64,000 nt of DNA, taken from positions 20,725 through 84,724 of IMG/VR virus record IMGVR_UViG_3300032004_000002, one strand, 5' to 3'. Source of the stretch: a virus (lineage: Duplodnaviria > Caudoviricetes). Within the stretch, counting starts at the first letter, position 1, and the number at the start of each line of letters is the position of its first letter. Of this stretch, positions 18,249 to 28,999 are shown piece after piece. The position numbers were made by a program, and so were the translations under genes. Below the pieces are notes generated by a model, which saw only the letters and a program-made list of their open reading frames with translations, ran no database searches and was not told the origin of the DNA.

Positions 18249-21200
18249 ATGACACACTATAAAGCTGATAGTACAAACGATTTGGCAGATACATTTGCAA
18301 TCCAATTGAAATCTCTTTGGTCTTTTGCAAACTATCTTGGCTACGAGTTTACATCTCTTGGGATAGACGGAGCGAAACCAAATTCTTTCTTCTATTCTGG
18401 ATACAAGAAGGATGTTCCGTTTAAGTCTTGCGAAGTGATTAATTTTATGACAATGGTCAAGCTGCATAATACTTCTTGGGTACACAGCTCCCGCTACGCG
18501 GGACATCTATTTCCATACCCTGGAGGCGTACACACAGCTACAACGGGACAACCTTTGCGACTAGACTCAAATTCTCCATTTCATGTGGATGCTTATACGC
18601 TTAATAAAGCTCAAGCGGCAAAGATCGTCACTCAAGTGTATCTAAACGGTGGTAAAGGCGGTGTGAGTTGCTATCGTGATCTAGTGAAATTTGTAGATCC
18701 TGTGTATGAACAGCTTTTCTTGAGTCCAATAATTGAGCAAACAAAAGAGAGTCAAGACTACGTTGCAAAACATATCTCAAATCTTTATGAGGAGTAATAA
18801 AATGTTTAAATGGCTTAAAGATTGGTGGCAAGAGTGCGAACAACACAATACAGACCTACATTTTAAGTGTGATGTACCAATGCCTGAAGTGAAGCCTTGT
18901 AAGGGGAGTAATATATCAGAGCCTGTCCATGCAATGCTGAAAGCTTGGAAAGATAACCCAAAACGGTTTAAATTGAGCTTGGATAAGAGCATTACCAGTT
19001 TGTGGAGCGATTCTATTAAATTTAAATACCACTCGTATTACAGCAATCCAGAAACAGAACTTACTATAACAGATAGGGAGGGTAAAGAAACTTTTCGCTT
19101 TACCTTGTCCCTAACTTCTGGATCGTGTGCAGATGGATACAAGCTTGGATATTATAAATTTATAAGTTTTGCAAACCATCGGATTTATCCGGTACTAGGC
19201 TCTAGTGTCATATCTAAACCTGCGTGGATGACAGACGACGAAATGGACTACATCATCAAAACTGTAACACCTTACTATCTGAAACGTGTGAATCGTTACC
19301 GGGATATCATAGAATCTCGTATGGACCGCTCACGTAAGGCTAGTGAATTGAAATCAGAAATTACCAAACAGAAAGAACGCCAACGTTTGTGTGAGATTTA
19401 CAAATGACAGACATTACCAACACAGAAGAGTTTGAACAAATCCCAGAAGAGCTTATCGACCGAATTCAAGCAATTCGGGACAAGGCCACTGAGAACATTC
19501 ACAAGGAAGCAGAGCAAAATGCGATAGACGGTGATTATATTCCTGTGAATCAGAGACAAAGGATCTTTACAAGTCTTCAAGACATGCTATCCTATATTCA
19601 AGTGTTTAAGATTGAGAGTGCAAGTTTTCAATCAGGATATCAAAGGATGGAAGATGGTAGTACAGGCAGTAAGAAGATTTATCAAATTACACATCATTGT
19701 GTTAATGATTGAGGAGAAGAGAAATGAAAGATTTGAATGTACCAGAACGATACACGTGTGAAGATGCTACAGAACAGGATAAAAATATTTATACATATTA
19801 CAAAGAGGTACTTGCTAAACTGTCCGAGGATGTCGATCCTTGTGTAATTGACATGTATGGTAATATTATCTGGAAAGGCAAGAAGGGAGATGTGTTCGAT
19901 ATTAGTACACTCTCTAAGAGGGTTAAATAATGGACGCACAGTCGCAACTTAAAGCTCTACAACAAATCCTAGACACTTTGCACATCGCATCGTCCAGGCA
20001 AACAGACGAATCGTTCCGTAAAGATGGTAATAAACACTTCACAACAGCTATTCAGAACACAAAGAAGCTTATGAAAGAACTAGAATTGGAACAAACATTC
20101 AATCTGAATCTAGAAGCCAAAGATTTTAGTGATCTTTATGGACATAGTTTGGGTTTGAGTAATATTTAATAGGAGATACTATCATGGCTAAAGAAAAGAT
20201 TTTACCAATGCTTAATTCCGAGCGTAAAGAGCTTCTTGATAAAATCCAAAAACTCAAACAAGAGAAAGATGCGCTGTATGCAGCCACTCTTAGACGTGTG
20301 AATGGGATCGTGGTGACTGCACCATATCTGTCAACAGAGGCTAAGACAATGTTGTTGGAATCTATTTGGAGTGAAAAAGTATGAGCGGCTATTTCGTAGG
20401 ACTAATTGTCTGGTGGAGTCTTGTCATTATCTGCCTAACGTATATCTACTTTGAAGGAGAAGAATAGTATGTTTATATTCACGTATTTATCTATTGCTGT
20501 GTTAGTGATGTATGTAACGGCTGTTGGTTGTTATGTATGCAAGAAGAAATTCAACTTAATCACTAATGCTATTGCAGCTATCCTCTGGCCCTTGGCCATT
20601 CCTATCACTATCTATGAAGTGCTGCACGAAACAAAGGATTATCCACTGTGAAAATAATCAAAACAAGAATTGATGGACTAAAACGTATATATTATCTGCA
20701 AGAGAATGGACAAAAGCTCAATGATATCCGCTTTATCCAATATGCAGATGATACAGGGATTTACACAGTGAACAAAAAGGATGGGGATTATTTCACATTC
20801 CTCCCTCCCAATAATTCTTACATGAGCTTGGCTAAGATTATTGAAAAAGGATACGTTGTTCTGCTGATAGACTAACAATAATGTAATATCACCCTAGACT
20901 TGTGTCTAGAAGGCTACAACACATGAAAATCTTAATGAAAACGTCTATTTTGATGCTGATTTTAACCCAAGGATGTGGTGTAACGAATGTAAAGCAGCCA
21001 ACGTATTTATCTTCTAAACAAGAGGCTTGGAAGAGTGAAATCCTTGGGAAATGTGTAGACAAGGCTCATGAATTGACGTATCTTGTATGGCAAGACAATA
21101 AATTTCTAGATGTTGAGCAACTGACTTATATAGAAAAGCGTTTTCAAGATAAATGTGTTGTACAAAATAATTTGGCTATTTGATCAGGAGAATGATGATG

Positions 21201-24200
21201 ACTACAGAAGAACTTAAAAAGAAGAAAGCACAAAGCCTTAAAGCTCTAGAAAAGTATGAAAAACTTAAACAAGAGGTTAAGGATAACTGTCACCATCCAG
21301 AGGAGGAGACTATCTCAAGAGAAAGGTACTGGGAAGGAAGTTATAATGACAGGGCACACACTGTTTATTGGAATGAATGTATGATTTGTGGTGTTCGTTC
21401 TGAAGAAACTGTTAAACAACACTCTTGGTATGGTTGAGGGGTATTTATGACTACTATATTTCTGCTCTACGAACACTTCACTGGAACAATCAGTGGTCGA
21501 GATTCCACTTTGCTGGATATCTACACAGACTTCAAGAAAGCTGAAGATGCTCGTGTTGGATTGGAGTGTTACAAAGAACACGCATGGCTGTCGTACGAGG
21601 TAGTAGAATGGACGCTCAAGGATTAATCAGACAACTGTGTATTGATAATAATATCTCAGACACACAAGACGATATAAGTCGTATGGCTGTAAGGATTACA
21701 CAAATGTGTGGAGAGTCCATCGAATATGGTACACTAGATTCTGTACAAAGATGTCTTGTAAATCTTGTTAGAAATAAAGTGATATCCATATCTGAAGCCA
21801 TGCAATTACACGGAAAATATTTAGAGGAGAGAAGAAATGAATCTGGTGAAAGAACGACTATCATGGCACAAAGAGTTTGAGTGGGGTGGAACTCCTTGGT
21901 GGCCTATGTATGAAGAATACATAGAAAATCGTATGTCAGAGATGTGGCGTTCTTCTAGACCATCGGAAAGGTTCTTTGAATATGTCTATTGGTTGGAGGG
22001 GAAGGTAAATGATCAACAAAGAATTAGCTGAAAAACAACAACTAACACCAGATACAATCACAGCAATTGAAGTGTTGCACACACAACTTAAAGCTTTCCT
22101 TGCACGTCCTACGATGTATGTTGAAGAAAAAGATGCTGCAAGAATTGTTGAAGGAATGGAGTACACACTTCAATTCTTATGGGGTTTTCCACTTGATCGA
22201 AGTTTTCATAGGTATTACAATAAAGTTAAGGGGTGCCTGTGTAGGGCTGAGATGGATAACCTAGAGCTTTATGGTTCTGGTTATCGTGTGATTAATCCAC
22301 AATGTCCATTTCATGGAGAACAGCATGACTAAAGTATACAACTACGACGAATACTTGTTAAAAGACTTCATCAAATTCTGCTCAGATAAACACAAAGCTT
22401 GTATTGTTGAGTTCCCTAATGAATTCACACAAGATCAATATATTAATTACAGGTTTGTGAACAATAGCCATCTCATTGAAGAGTTTTTGGCTTATCGGGA
22501 GGATGAGGAATGAGTGAATTAAAAAATGAGAATATTGGATTGATTATCGTAGCTTTGCTTGCTGTTATCATAGTAGGCGGAGTATTTATTGCAAAGACAA
22601 TTATCAATAGACCAGATAATGACAAGAATATACAAGAAACCATAAAGTGTGAGAAGGCTGGTATGGTGGCAAGGCTTACACAAGGAGATTATATTGTTTG
22701 TACTCCTAAATCACAAAGACTGAGGTTTTTAGAATGAAACCACAAGTTCCAAAACCACCACCGATGAGAGCACTCAAGGGCTACGAGTGGGTTAATGAAT
22801 GGGAACTTGTAGACTGGTATACAAATATGCAGATGCTTTATCCGCACCCGCAAAAGAAACTTAATTGGTTTGAGAAGTTGTTTAAGAAAGATTATCAAAT
22901 TAAACTTGAACATAGTTTGACTAGGAATCGAATGATGTGTACGGAGTGGCCCAGATGAACAAAGACATACGTTACCTCCTACACGAGATGGTGAGCCATT
23001 TATATCTTGCACAATTAAAGCTCAATAAGCTTGAAGAGCTGGGATATAAACAACGTAATATGGACAGAGAGCTTGGGAATATTATTGATAGTGTTCTTGA
23101 GAGGATTGAGGTGATGGATAGTGGAGAAGTGGAATGACATACTACCAAGCTGTATACCAAACAGATTCACATGGATTCAACACCGTGTATTCTAAGAATA
23201 TCTGGAAGACTGAGGAGGAAGCTTTGGAATACTTGGATGAGATGAATAAGCTTATGCCTGGGTATATTTATTCAAGTTGGGTGGAAAGCTTATTTGTGGA
23301 TGATGGGGAGTAGTGTATGTACACAGCAGATGATGTAAAGATTTATATTAATGGACATGAATTTACATGGGCTGATGACGAACGTTTAAGCCTTGATAAA
23401 CAAAAATCAATAACCCTAGACTGCTCAGAGGATTTCTGGGATACAGTATGGGGTGAAGATGTCACCAAAGAAAGAAAACGTTCTGAAAAACCTTGGTATA
23501 GAAAAGAGAGGTGGTGATGGGATATCAGAAATCAGGGTGGTTTGATGGGTTATTGTTTGCTGAATACCTGTCTGCTCAAGGTTGGACATTTGTATGTGTG
23601 AATGAATCAAAAGGATTAGCTGCTTGGAAGTGGGAGGATACAGATGGAATGCAGACAGTATTTGGAGAGGCTGAGTGGCTAGATGGGGTGAGGGATTACT
23701 ATAAGAATATGAAGGAGATAATTTGACTTGAGCAAGAAAGAAATACCAGATTACACACAAGAACTACATGCACGGGTAGAAGCTAACGCTGATGCCCTTG
23801 TAGCTATTGGTGTTAAAGAATGGATGAGACAACGGAGGAAGAAAGCCAACATGACTGAACTAGAACAGAAAGAAGCTGTAAGAAAACTTGAGGAGAAACT
23901 AATAGATGACAAGGGGCCGTAAGCCTGTGGTGTTAGTGAACGACATCAAAGAAGAGTTCTGTGAACATTGGTATGGGAAGGATGAACCAGATACTTGGCC
24001 TGTGTGGATTGATGATATTGTGTCGGGTATTGCACGTCTAGATTGGTATGGGGATAAACCTAATCAAATACCACTGGCTACCACAAACATCATTAAATGC
24101 TTTATTTTCTTAGATGAAATATCCACTGATAATGTAATGAACCTTCTTGACCTTAAGAAGAGTCAAGCAAAGCTTTATGTGAAAGCCTGCACACTCTGCT

Positions 24201-24328
24201 ATAGGTTCTTAAAGAGGTCATTGGAAGATATAGAAATTCTCAGAGTGAAATATCCTAGGCAAAGTATTGTAAGTGAACAACAGGGGATTGATCTCGGGTA
24301 TGAATATCAGAATAGGGCATTGATTTAA
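18249..24328 (+). other. Cluster of ~25 small hypothetical genes (e.g. 18249-18797, 18802-19407, 19404-19712, 19930-20169, 20451-20651 membrane, 20902-21183 lipobox-like, 21180-21437 Cys-rich, 22009-22332, 22510-22737 membrane, 23317-23517, 23906-24328)
   Basis: Dense, co-oriented ORFs with RBSs and ATGA/TAATG overlaps; no recognisable catalytic motifs. Confidence 0.7.
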
Positions 24329-24363
24329 TTAAGCCGGTATAATATATAGAGGGAATTGTAAAG

Positions 24364-25518
24364 ATGGAAGAAGAGTGGAAACAATTAGAAGGTTATTCAT
24401 TATACTTGATTTCTAACACAGGTAAGATAAAAGAAGTAGCAACGGAAAGATTACTGCCTCAAACAGTCAATGGTGGGTTTTGGTGCAGTAATCTACATAG
24501 AGATGATGGTGTAAAGGAGCTTGCTAAAGTTCACAGACTTGTTGCCACATTGTTTGTACCGAACGAATTTAATGCTAATCGTGTGGGACACAAAGAAGAT
24601 CGTCTAGACAACACGTATACCAACTTAGAGTGGAAACCTAAAAGAGTAAAGGAGGTAATAGAAAAAGAAATTAAAACCCTAACTCACTTGGGAAGAACTT
24701 ACACTTATGCGGAATTCTGTGAGGCTGCTAAGTGTGAAATATCAACACTGCGGTCAAGATTAAATAGTGGTTGGACCGTGAGAGAATGTTTTATAGGTGT
24801 TAAAGATTTTAAAGGTCAAGGCTACCAAGATGAGTATTGCTGGTATCCAACCCGACAGGAATATGAAAGTGGACAAGTACAGAGAAGACTTGAACAGAAA
24901 GTGAAGGATAAACAAGAAAAGAATAAAAGGAATGCTTTAAAGAGAGCTGAAAGGAAAGCTAAGATACATCACGGGTTTGGTATATTTGTAAACTACCCTA
25001 TCAAAGGAATTGAAGGACGTAGACCTTCTAGGGCGTACTATGTGTGGCAAGGGATTATTGCTCGATGTCACAATGTTGATCACGACAGCTATGAAAGATA
25101 TGGTGGAAGAGGTTGTACTGTTAGTGAAAAATGGAAGCACTTTCAAGACTTTGTTATCTGGTATCAGGAACAGCAAAAGAGAGGTATGGGGAATGCTCAT
25201 GTAAACTGGCATGTGGATAAAGACATTCTGGTAGATGGTAATCTAGAGTATGGACCTGACACCTGTTGCTTTGTTCCTGATGATGTTAATATTTTCTTTG
25301 CAAGTCTTAAAGAAACAGCTAGAGGATATACAGAGTACAAGGGTAAATGGACTTCTGGAGTTTCTATTCTAGGCTCTAAAAATCAACGATGCTTTGATAC
25401 AGAAGATGAAGCTCGTAATTGGTATCTGAAAGGCAAGTCAATGGCAGCCCAACTTCTTCTTTGGAAATATGAAGGATTATTAGAGGATAGGGTTGTAAAC
25501 AAACTTTCCCAAATATAG
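24364..25518 (+). CDS. NUMOD4/HNH homing endonuclease with a second HNH-like module
   Basis: N-terminal EEWKQLEGY..YLISNTG (NUMOD4) and VHRLVA...DNTYTNLEW; C-terminal WQGIIARC...YGGRG...VDKDIL..GN..YGPDTCCFVP. Confidence 0.8.
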   Translation: MEEEWKQLEGYSLYLISNTGKIKEVATERLLPQTVNGGFWCSNLHRDDGVKELAKVHRLVATLFVPNEFNANRVGHKEDRLDNTYTNLEWKPKRVKEVIEKEIKTLTHLGRTYTYAEFCEAAKCEISTLRSRLNSGWTVRECFIGVKDFKGQGYQDEYCWYPTRQEYESGQVQRRLEQKVKDKQEKNKRNALKRAERKAKIHHGFGIFVNYPIKGIEGRRPSRAYYVWQGIIARCHNVDHDSYERYGGRGCTVSEKWKHFQDFVIWYQEQQKRGMGNAHVNWHVDKDILVDGNLEYGPDTCCFVPDDVNIFFASLKETARGYTEYKGKWTSGVSILGSKNQRCFDTEDEARNWYLKGKSMAAQLLLWKYEGLLEDRVVNKLSQI

Positions 25519-25529
25519 TAACCACCATT

Positions 25530-25555
25530 GCCCCTCAAATGAGGGGCTTTTCTTT
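25530..25555 (+). terminator. Rho-independent terminator
   Basis: GCCCCTC-AAAT-GAGGGGC followed by TTTTCTTT. Confidence 0.85.
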
Positions 25556-25643
25556 GTCTGGAATATTGTAAGGTGTTATCCCAAATATACCACAATCCAG
25601 AGTTTTCTCATGGGTACTTAACGCTCTTAGGCCCGGCCACCTA

Positions 25644-25910
25644 TATGTCAAGCATAATATTAAAATATCTCTCAATCAATTGGCATGGCTTATGCTATAG
25701 CAAGCTTTGTACCACACAGACTAACTCATCAGAATAAATAAACCACTTGACTAAACAACTGTTCGTTGATCTAACCCTGTAATTGTAACAGACCTACCGA
25801 GAATCTATATTATGTATAGTAGCAAAATGCAACTAGCTACTAAATGAGACCATATGTCAACCATAATACTTCACTGTGTATAACTAGCACATATTACTAG
25901 GATATGTCAA
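25644..25910. repeat. ATATGTCAA direct repeats in a long non-coding region
   Basis: ATATGTCAAgCATAATAtT (~25644), ATATGTCAAcCATAATAcT (~25852), ATATGTCAA (~25902). Confidence 0.7.
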
Positions 25911-26174
25911 GGGATTGTGTATGTGGGGTGTGTAAAGTGGCTAGTAGATGATGGTTAGGATGTTGTCTCATATAGTGGGATGGGGAGAAGTGAGAGCGGG
26001 ACACTAACAAGCTTAACACACAAGGTTATCTTTATTCACTGGAAGGTAACTAAAACTACACTGATCAGTGTACATTAGAGATTACTACAGACTATGATAA
26101 ACATAGCTTAGAGGATGTTTGTTAGTATCGTTGATAGTGATACTAGGAGAGAATTGTATTAATACTGCTGATAA

Positions 26175-26275
26175 CATAAAGCCACTCAAATGAGTGGCTT
26201 AGATTTCCCTGCTAGGATTACTTTCTTTTATTATCTTCTTTACTCCGTTCTGACTAGGCTGTATGTCTCGTCTTG
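26175..26275 (-). ncRNA. Candidate ~100-nt early small RNA
   Basis: Bounded by a promoter (26283-26311) and a hairpin; no ATG/GTG/TTG-started ORF. Confidence 0.45.
26179..26200 (-). terminator. Terminator-like hairpin
   Basis: AAGCCACTC-ATTT-GAGTGGCTT with a short U tail on the minus strand. Confidence 0.6.
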
Positions 26276-26282
26276 ATGGTTC

Positions 26283-26311
26283 ATTGTAAGGGTTTGGTTG
26301 ACCTGTGTAAA
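26283..26311 (-). promoter_or_regulatory. sigma70 promoter
   Basis: TTTACA-17-TACAAT. Confidence 0.7.
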
Positions 26312-26363
26312 GGGGTTTCTTACAGATTCTTACATTATTTTCAAATTCTTTTAACTATTTCTC

Positions 26364-26468
26364 TCAACCCAACACACAAATCAACATCAATACAATTGAT
26401 AGCATTCCCAAGATCATTAATCCTATCGATACACAAGCTATGAATAAATCTTCTTTGTTGATGTTCAT
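26364..26468 (-). CDS. 34-aa single-TM peptide
   Basis: AGAGGA RBS; MNINKEDLFIACVSIGLMILGMLSIVLMLICVLG. Confidence 0.6.
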   Translation of the reverse strand: MNINKEDLFIACVSIGLMILGMLSIVLMLICVLG

Positions 26469-26501
26469 GTCTATTCCTCTTATAAGCTATTGACAGAAGA
26501 A

Positions 26502-26570
26502 TTAATCTTCCCTAAAGAGAATGTAATGACAGACATAAAGCAATGAACAGATAGATAAGATAGTGAGCAT
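26502..26570 (-). CDS. 22-aa hydrophobic peptide
   Basis: GGAG RBS; MLTILSICSLLYVCHYILFRED. Confidence 0.5.
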   Translation of the reverse strand: MLTILSICSLLYVCHYILFRED

Positions 26571-26573
26571 AGT

Positions 26574-26729
26574 CTACTCCACAATACGAAACTGAATAGG
26601 GGAGTAGTAGTTATGATCCCCCAGCATGTACCATGGCTTGACAAGAAAGCAAGGTTCTACATAGCGAAGATAGCCTAGAGAGAAATCCACCACTTCCACG
26701 ATTAGATTGTTATGTTTTCTCATGTTCAT
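26574..26729 (-). CDS. 51-aa early hypothetical protein
   Basis: AAGGA RBS directly after the promoter; MNMRKHNNLIVEVVDF... Confidence 0.6.
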   Translation of the reverse strand: MNMRKHNNLIVEVVDFSLGYLRYVEPCFLVKPWYMLGDHNYYSPIQFRIVE

Positions 26730-26770
26730 GATGTTTATCCTTTGTTGTGTATTTGGTTTCTATGTGTTCA

Positions 26771-26798
26771 AGTATAGAGAATTGAACAACGATGTCAA
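26771..26798 (-). promoter_or_regulatory. sigma70 early promoter
   Basis: TTGACA-16-TATACT. Confidence 0.75.
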
Positions 26799-27191
26799 CA
26801 TTTGTTTTCGTAGAAAACTGAAAAGAATTGAATTATTTCTCGGTATATTCTAACCCAAAATCTTCCAGTAAGCTTATAACTTGTGAATGCTGTTCCTCTG
26901 TATCCGGAACGAAAGTAAATGGCTCGCTGCTGTGGTATGTCCAATGACAATCTGTATCCTCACTTATCATACATACCACACATGCTGCCCCTTCTCTTTC
27001 CACTTGTACAGATCTACGATAATCTTTTTCATCTTTACTCCTCAAACACAATAGGCGAATAAGGGGCATAGTCTCCCATCATAACAAACACTCTATAATG
27101 CTCTACATACCTTGTAGATACTGCTAAGACTACAGGAGACACAGAGCCGTCAATGTTCTTTATTGTTGTGTGGATGAAGGTTTTCATTTGA

Positions 27192-27413
27192 TTAATATTC
27201 CACAGCATTGCGGATAACATCTACTTCAAGATAGGCACCATGTTTTACACTGATACGACCAATGACAGCATCCATTTTAGCCAATTTGAGCTTCAACATA
27301 GTGTTCATTGCTTTGGTGGCTTCTTCCTTAGTAAAACCTTTCTCCATGATAATTTCAATGAAGGCATTTTCTGCATTAACGATACGTTGGGCTGTGTGCA
27401 AGTTGCCGATCAT
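27192..27413 (-). CDS. Early hypothetical protein
   Basis: 73 aa, GAGGAAG RBS after the promoter. Confidence 0.7.
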   Translation of the reverse strand: MIGNLHTAQRIVNAENAFIEIIMEKGFTKEEATKAMNTMLKLKLAKMDAVIGRISVKHGAYLEVDVIRNAVEY

Positions 27414-27449
27414 GTCCGTCTTCCTCTGGTTGTTTGCTTTCTATGAGTA

Positions 27450-27478
27450 ATTCTATTCTCCCCACAATCCCCTGTCAA
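27450..27478 (-). promoter_or_regulatory. sigma70 early promoter
   Basis: TTGACA-17-TAGAAT. Confidence 0.8.
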
Positions 27479-27577
27479 GCCTTTTACGCCAGCTTTTGAT
27501 AGATTGTTTGAGGGGACACATGACACAAAAAGAAAGGAGACACTAATGAAAGCTGTCTCCTTGAGAATTCTTGTTTA

Positions 27578-27805
27578 TTACATTCCAACCATTGCCAAAC
27601 GAATGTTGGTTTTCGTGTACTTCACACCATCTGGAGTTTCTTCTCCTTGCAAATCCCACATCATACGTTCTGCTGCAAGTTCCTTTGTATCAGTTGCTTG
27701 GATGCAGTCTTGAGCCAAACGATACAAACCCTCGTCGTTGTTGATCCACAGGCTCACGTTCCAAGCGTTGTAGCTCTTGTGACCGTTGTAGGATTTAGTA
27801 GTCAT
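27578..27805 (-). CDS. Conserved phage early protein (YNG..Y.AWNVSLWI.NDEGLY family)
   Basis: Start re-assigned to MTTKSY; motif recognised from widespread phage ORFs. Confidence 0.7.
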   Translation of the reverse strand: MTTKSYNGHKSYNAWNVSLWINNDEGLYRLAQDCIQATDTKELAAERMMWDLQGEETPDGVKYTKTNIRLAMVGM

Positions 27806-27857
27806 GGCTTTAATCTCTTCTAGTTTGTGGGTTGCTTTTGCTTCCCTCTTGAAACCA

Positions 27858-27886
27858 ATTATGGACCTATCCCACAAGGCTGTCAA
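27858..27886 (-). promoter_or_regulatory. sigma70 early promoter
   Basis: TTGACA-17-CATAAT. Confidence 0.8.
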
Positions 27887-28037
27887 CAAAAGATTTAAAG
27901 AATTTCAATTGAATAAATTTATTGATTTTCAGTCGTTGATAGAGATCTCCCAATTCATTAGTGATTCATAGGCTCTTGGGTCAATTGAATCTTTATAGAT
28001 ATTGGCAGCCTCTTTAATCACACGCTCTTTGTTGACT

Positions 28038-28238
28038 TTATAGAATTGAAATGCTTCCGCAAACTGTACAGCGTGTATTCCCTGCAACCAGTACGATTAA
28101 AATGTACACGGGCAGATACAACAATCCCGTAAGAAACACAAGTACAAGATTAAACAAATGACCAATCCCGCTCAATCCTGTACGGATACCAATACGATTA
28201 GCTTTGCAGTGTTTGCAGTTTACCATGCAGTTGCTCAT
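28038..28238 (-). CDS. LITAF-like Zn-ribbon membrane protein, paralogue 1
   Basis: CxxC...GLSGIGHL-hydrophobic hairpin-RCxxC. Confidence 0.6.
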   Translation of the reverse strand: MSNCMVNCKHCKANRIGIRTGLSGIGHLFNLVLVFLTGLLYLPVYILIVLVAGNTRCTVCGSISIL

Positions 28239-28241
28239 GAT

Positions 28242-28565
28242 TTAATCTCCATAGTCCGCAACACACTGCATATAATCTTCATACTGACAACTATCACAAG
28301 CTGTACCTTGACCCCGATTGGGCATCACCATTGCATGGCAGCAAGAACACACAGGGAAACTTTTACCGTTGTCATCAACTTGATAGGTTTGAGGGTGGTT
28401 ATAGTCATTCACACTATCGTAAAAGTAATCCTCAAAGACTTCTGCAATAGCCCGTTCCATCTCTTTGTGGTAGCGATCTTCTAGCTGTTGTTCTTCCAAC
28501 AATGATGCAGAAAGAGCATCAAGTAGTTCTTGTTCTTCCGAGTACTTCAATTCTTCATTAGTCAT
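28242..28565 (-). CDS. Acidic protein with C-terminal Cys cluster
   Basis: Start re-assigned to MTNEE after a GAGGA RBS. Confidence 0.6.
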   Translation of the reverse strand: MTNEELKYSEEQELLDALSASLLEEQQLEDRYHKEMERAIAEVFEDYFYDSVNDYNHPQTYQVDDNGKSFPVCSCCHAMVMPNRGQGTACDSCQYEDYMQCVADYGD

Positions 28566-28609
28566 TTCTATATCCTCAATTAACAAGCCATTTAATTAAA
28601 CACATCCCA

Positions 28610-28638
28610 AGCATACTCAACCCTACATACACAGTCAA
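28610..28638 (-). promoter_or_regulatory. sigma70 early promoter
   Basis: TTGACT-17-TATGCT. Confidence 0.7.
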
Positions 28639-28649
28639 GCTATTTCCCA

Positions 28650-28793
28650 TCAATTTCTTAACATTTGATGCAGAAAACCAAGGTAGTGCGGGCGATAAGG
28701 GATATTGTCGTTGTGGGACTCATCCTGCCGGATGTTGACAGACTCTTGATAGGATTCTTCCATGTCTTCATAGTCGTCTTCGTAATCATCCAT
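28650..28793 (-). CDS. 47-aa very acidic protein (absent from ORF track)
   Basis: MDDYEDDYEDMEESYQES...; start abuts the upstream stop. Confidence 0.5.
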   Translation of the reverse strand: MDDYEDDYEDMEESYQESVNIRQDESHNDNIPYRPHYLGFLHQMLRN

Positions 28794-28999
28794 CACTTAA
28801 CCCTCTTAGCAATCTTCCCACATGAGACACAGCGGGTTGTCTTACTTGTAGCTGCAATCAGAAAGTAGACAATTATCCATGCAAAACCTGTAAGAAACAC
28901 CATCACTATGTTAGCCAAGTGACCGATTCCAGACAAGCCTTGTGTAATTCCTAAACCAATGCCACACTTTGAGCATTTACAGATTGTTTGGTTGCTCAT
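28793..28999 (-). CDS. LITAF-like Zn-ribbon membrane protein, paralogue 2
   Basis: Same CxxC-GLSGIGHL-TM-RCxxC architecture as 28038-28238. Confidence 0.6.
   Translation of the reverse strand: MSNQTICKCSKCGIGLGITQGLSGIGHLANIVMVFLTGFAWIIVYFLIAATSKTTRCVSCGKIAKRVK

Noticed and set aside
25556-26160. CRISPR array or sigma70 promoters at the ATATGTCAA repeats
   Set aside because: Repeats are short and irregularly spaced with no spacer pattern; no -10 boxes at 16-18 nt
26306-26334. GacA-box-like TGTAAG...TTTACA upstream of the candidate sRNA
   Set aside because: Spacer is 7 nt rather than 6, has a mismatch and overlaps the -35 box; too weak
26833-27069. 78-aa ORF or frameshift as called by the track
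   Set aside because: Better explained as an RBS-led 21-aa ORF coupled via an ATGA overlap to a 45-aa ORF
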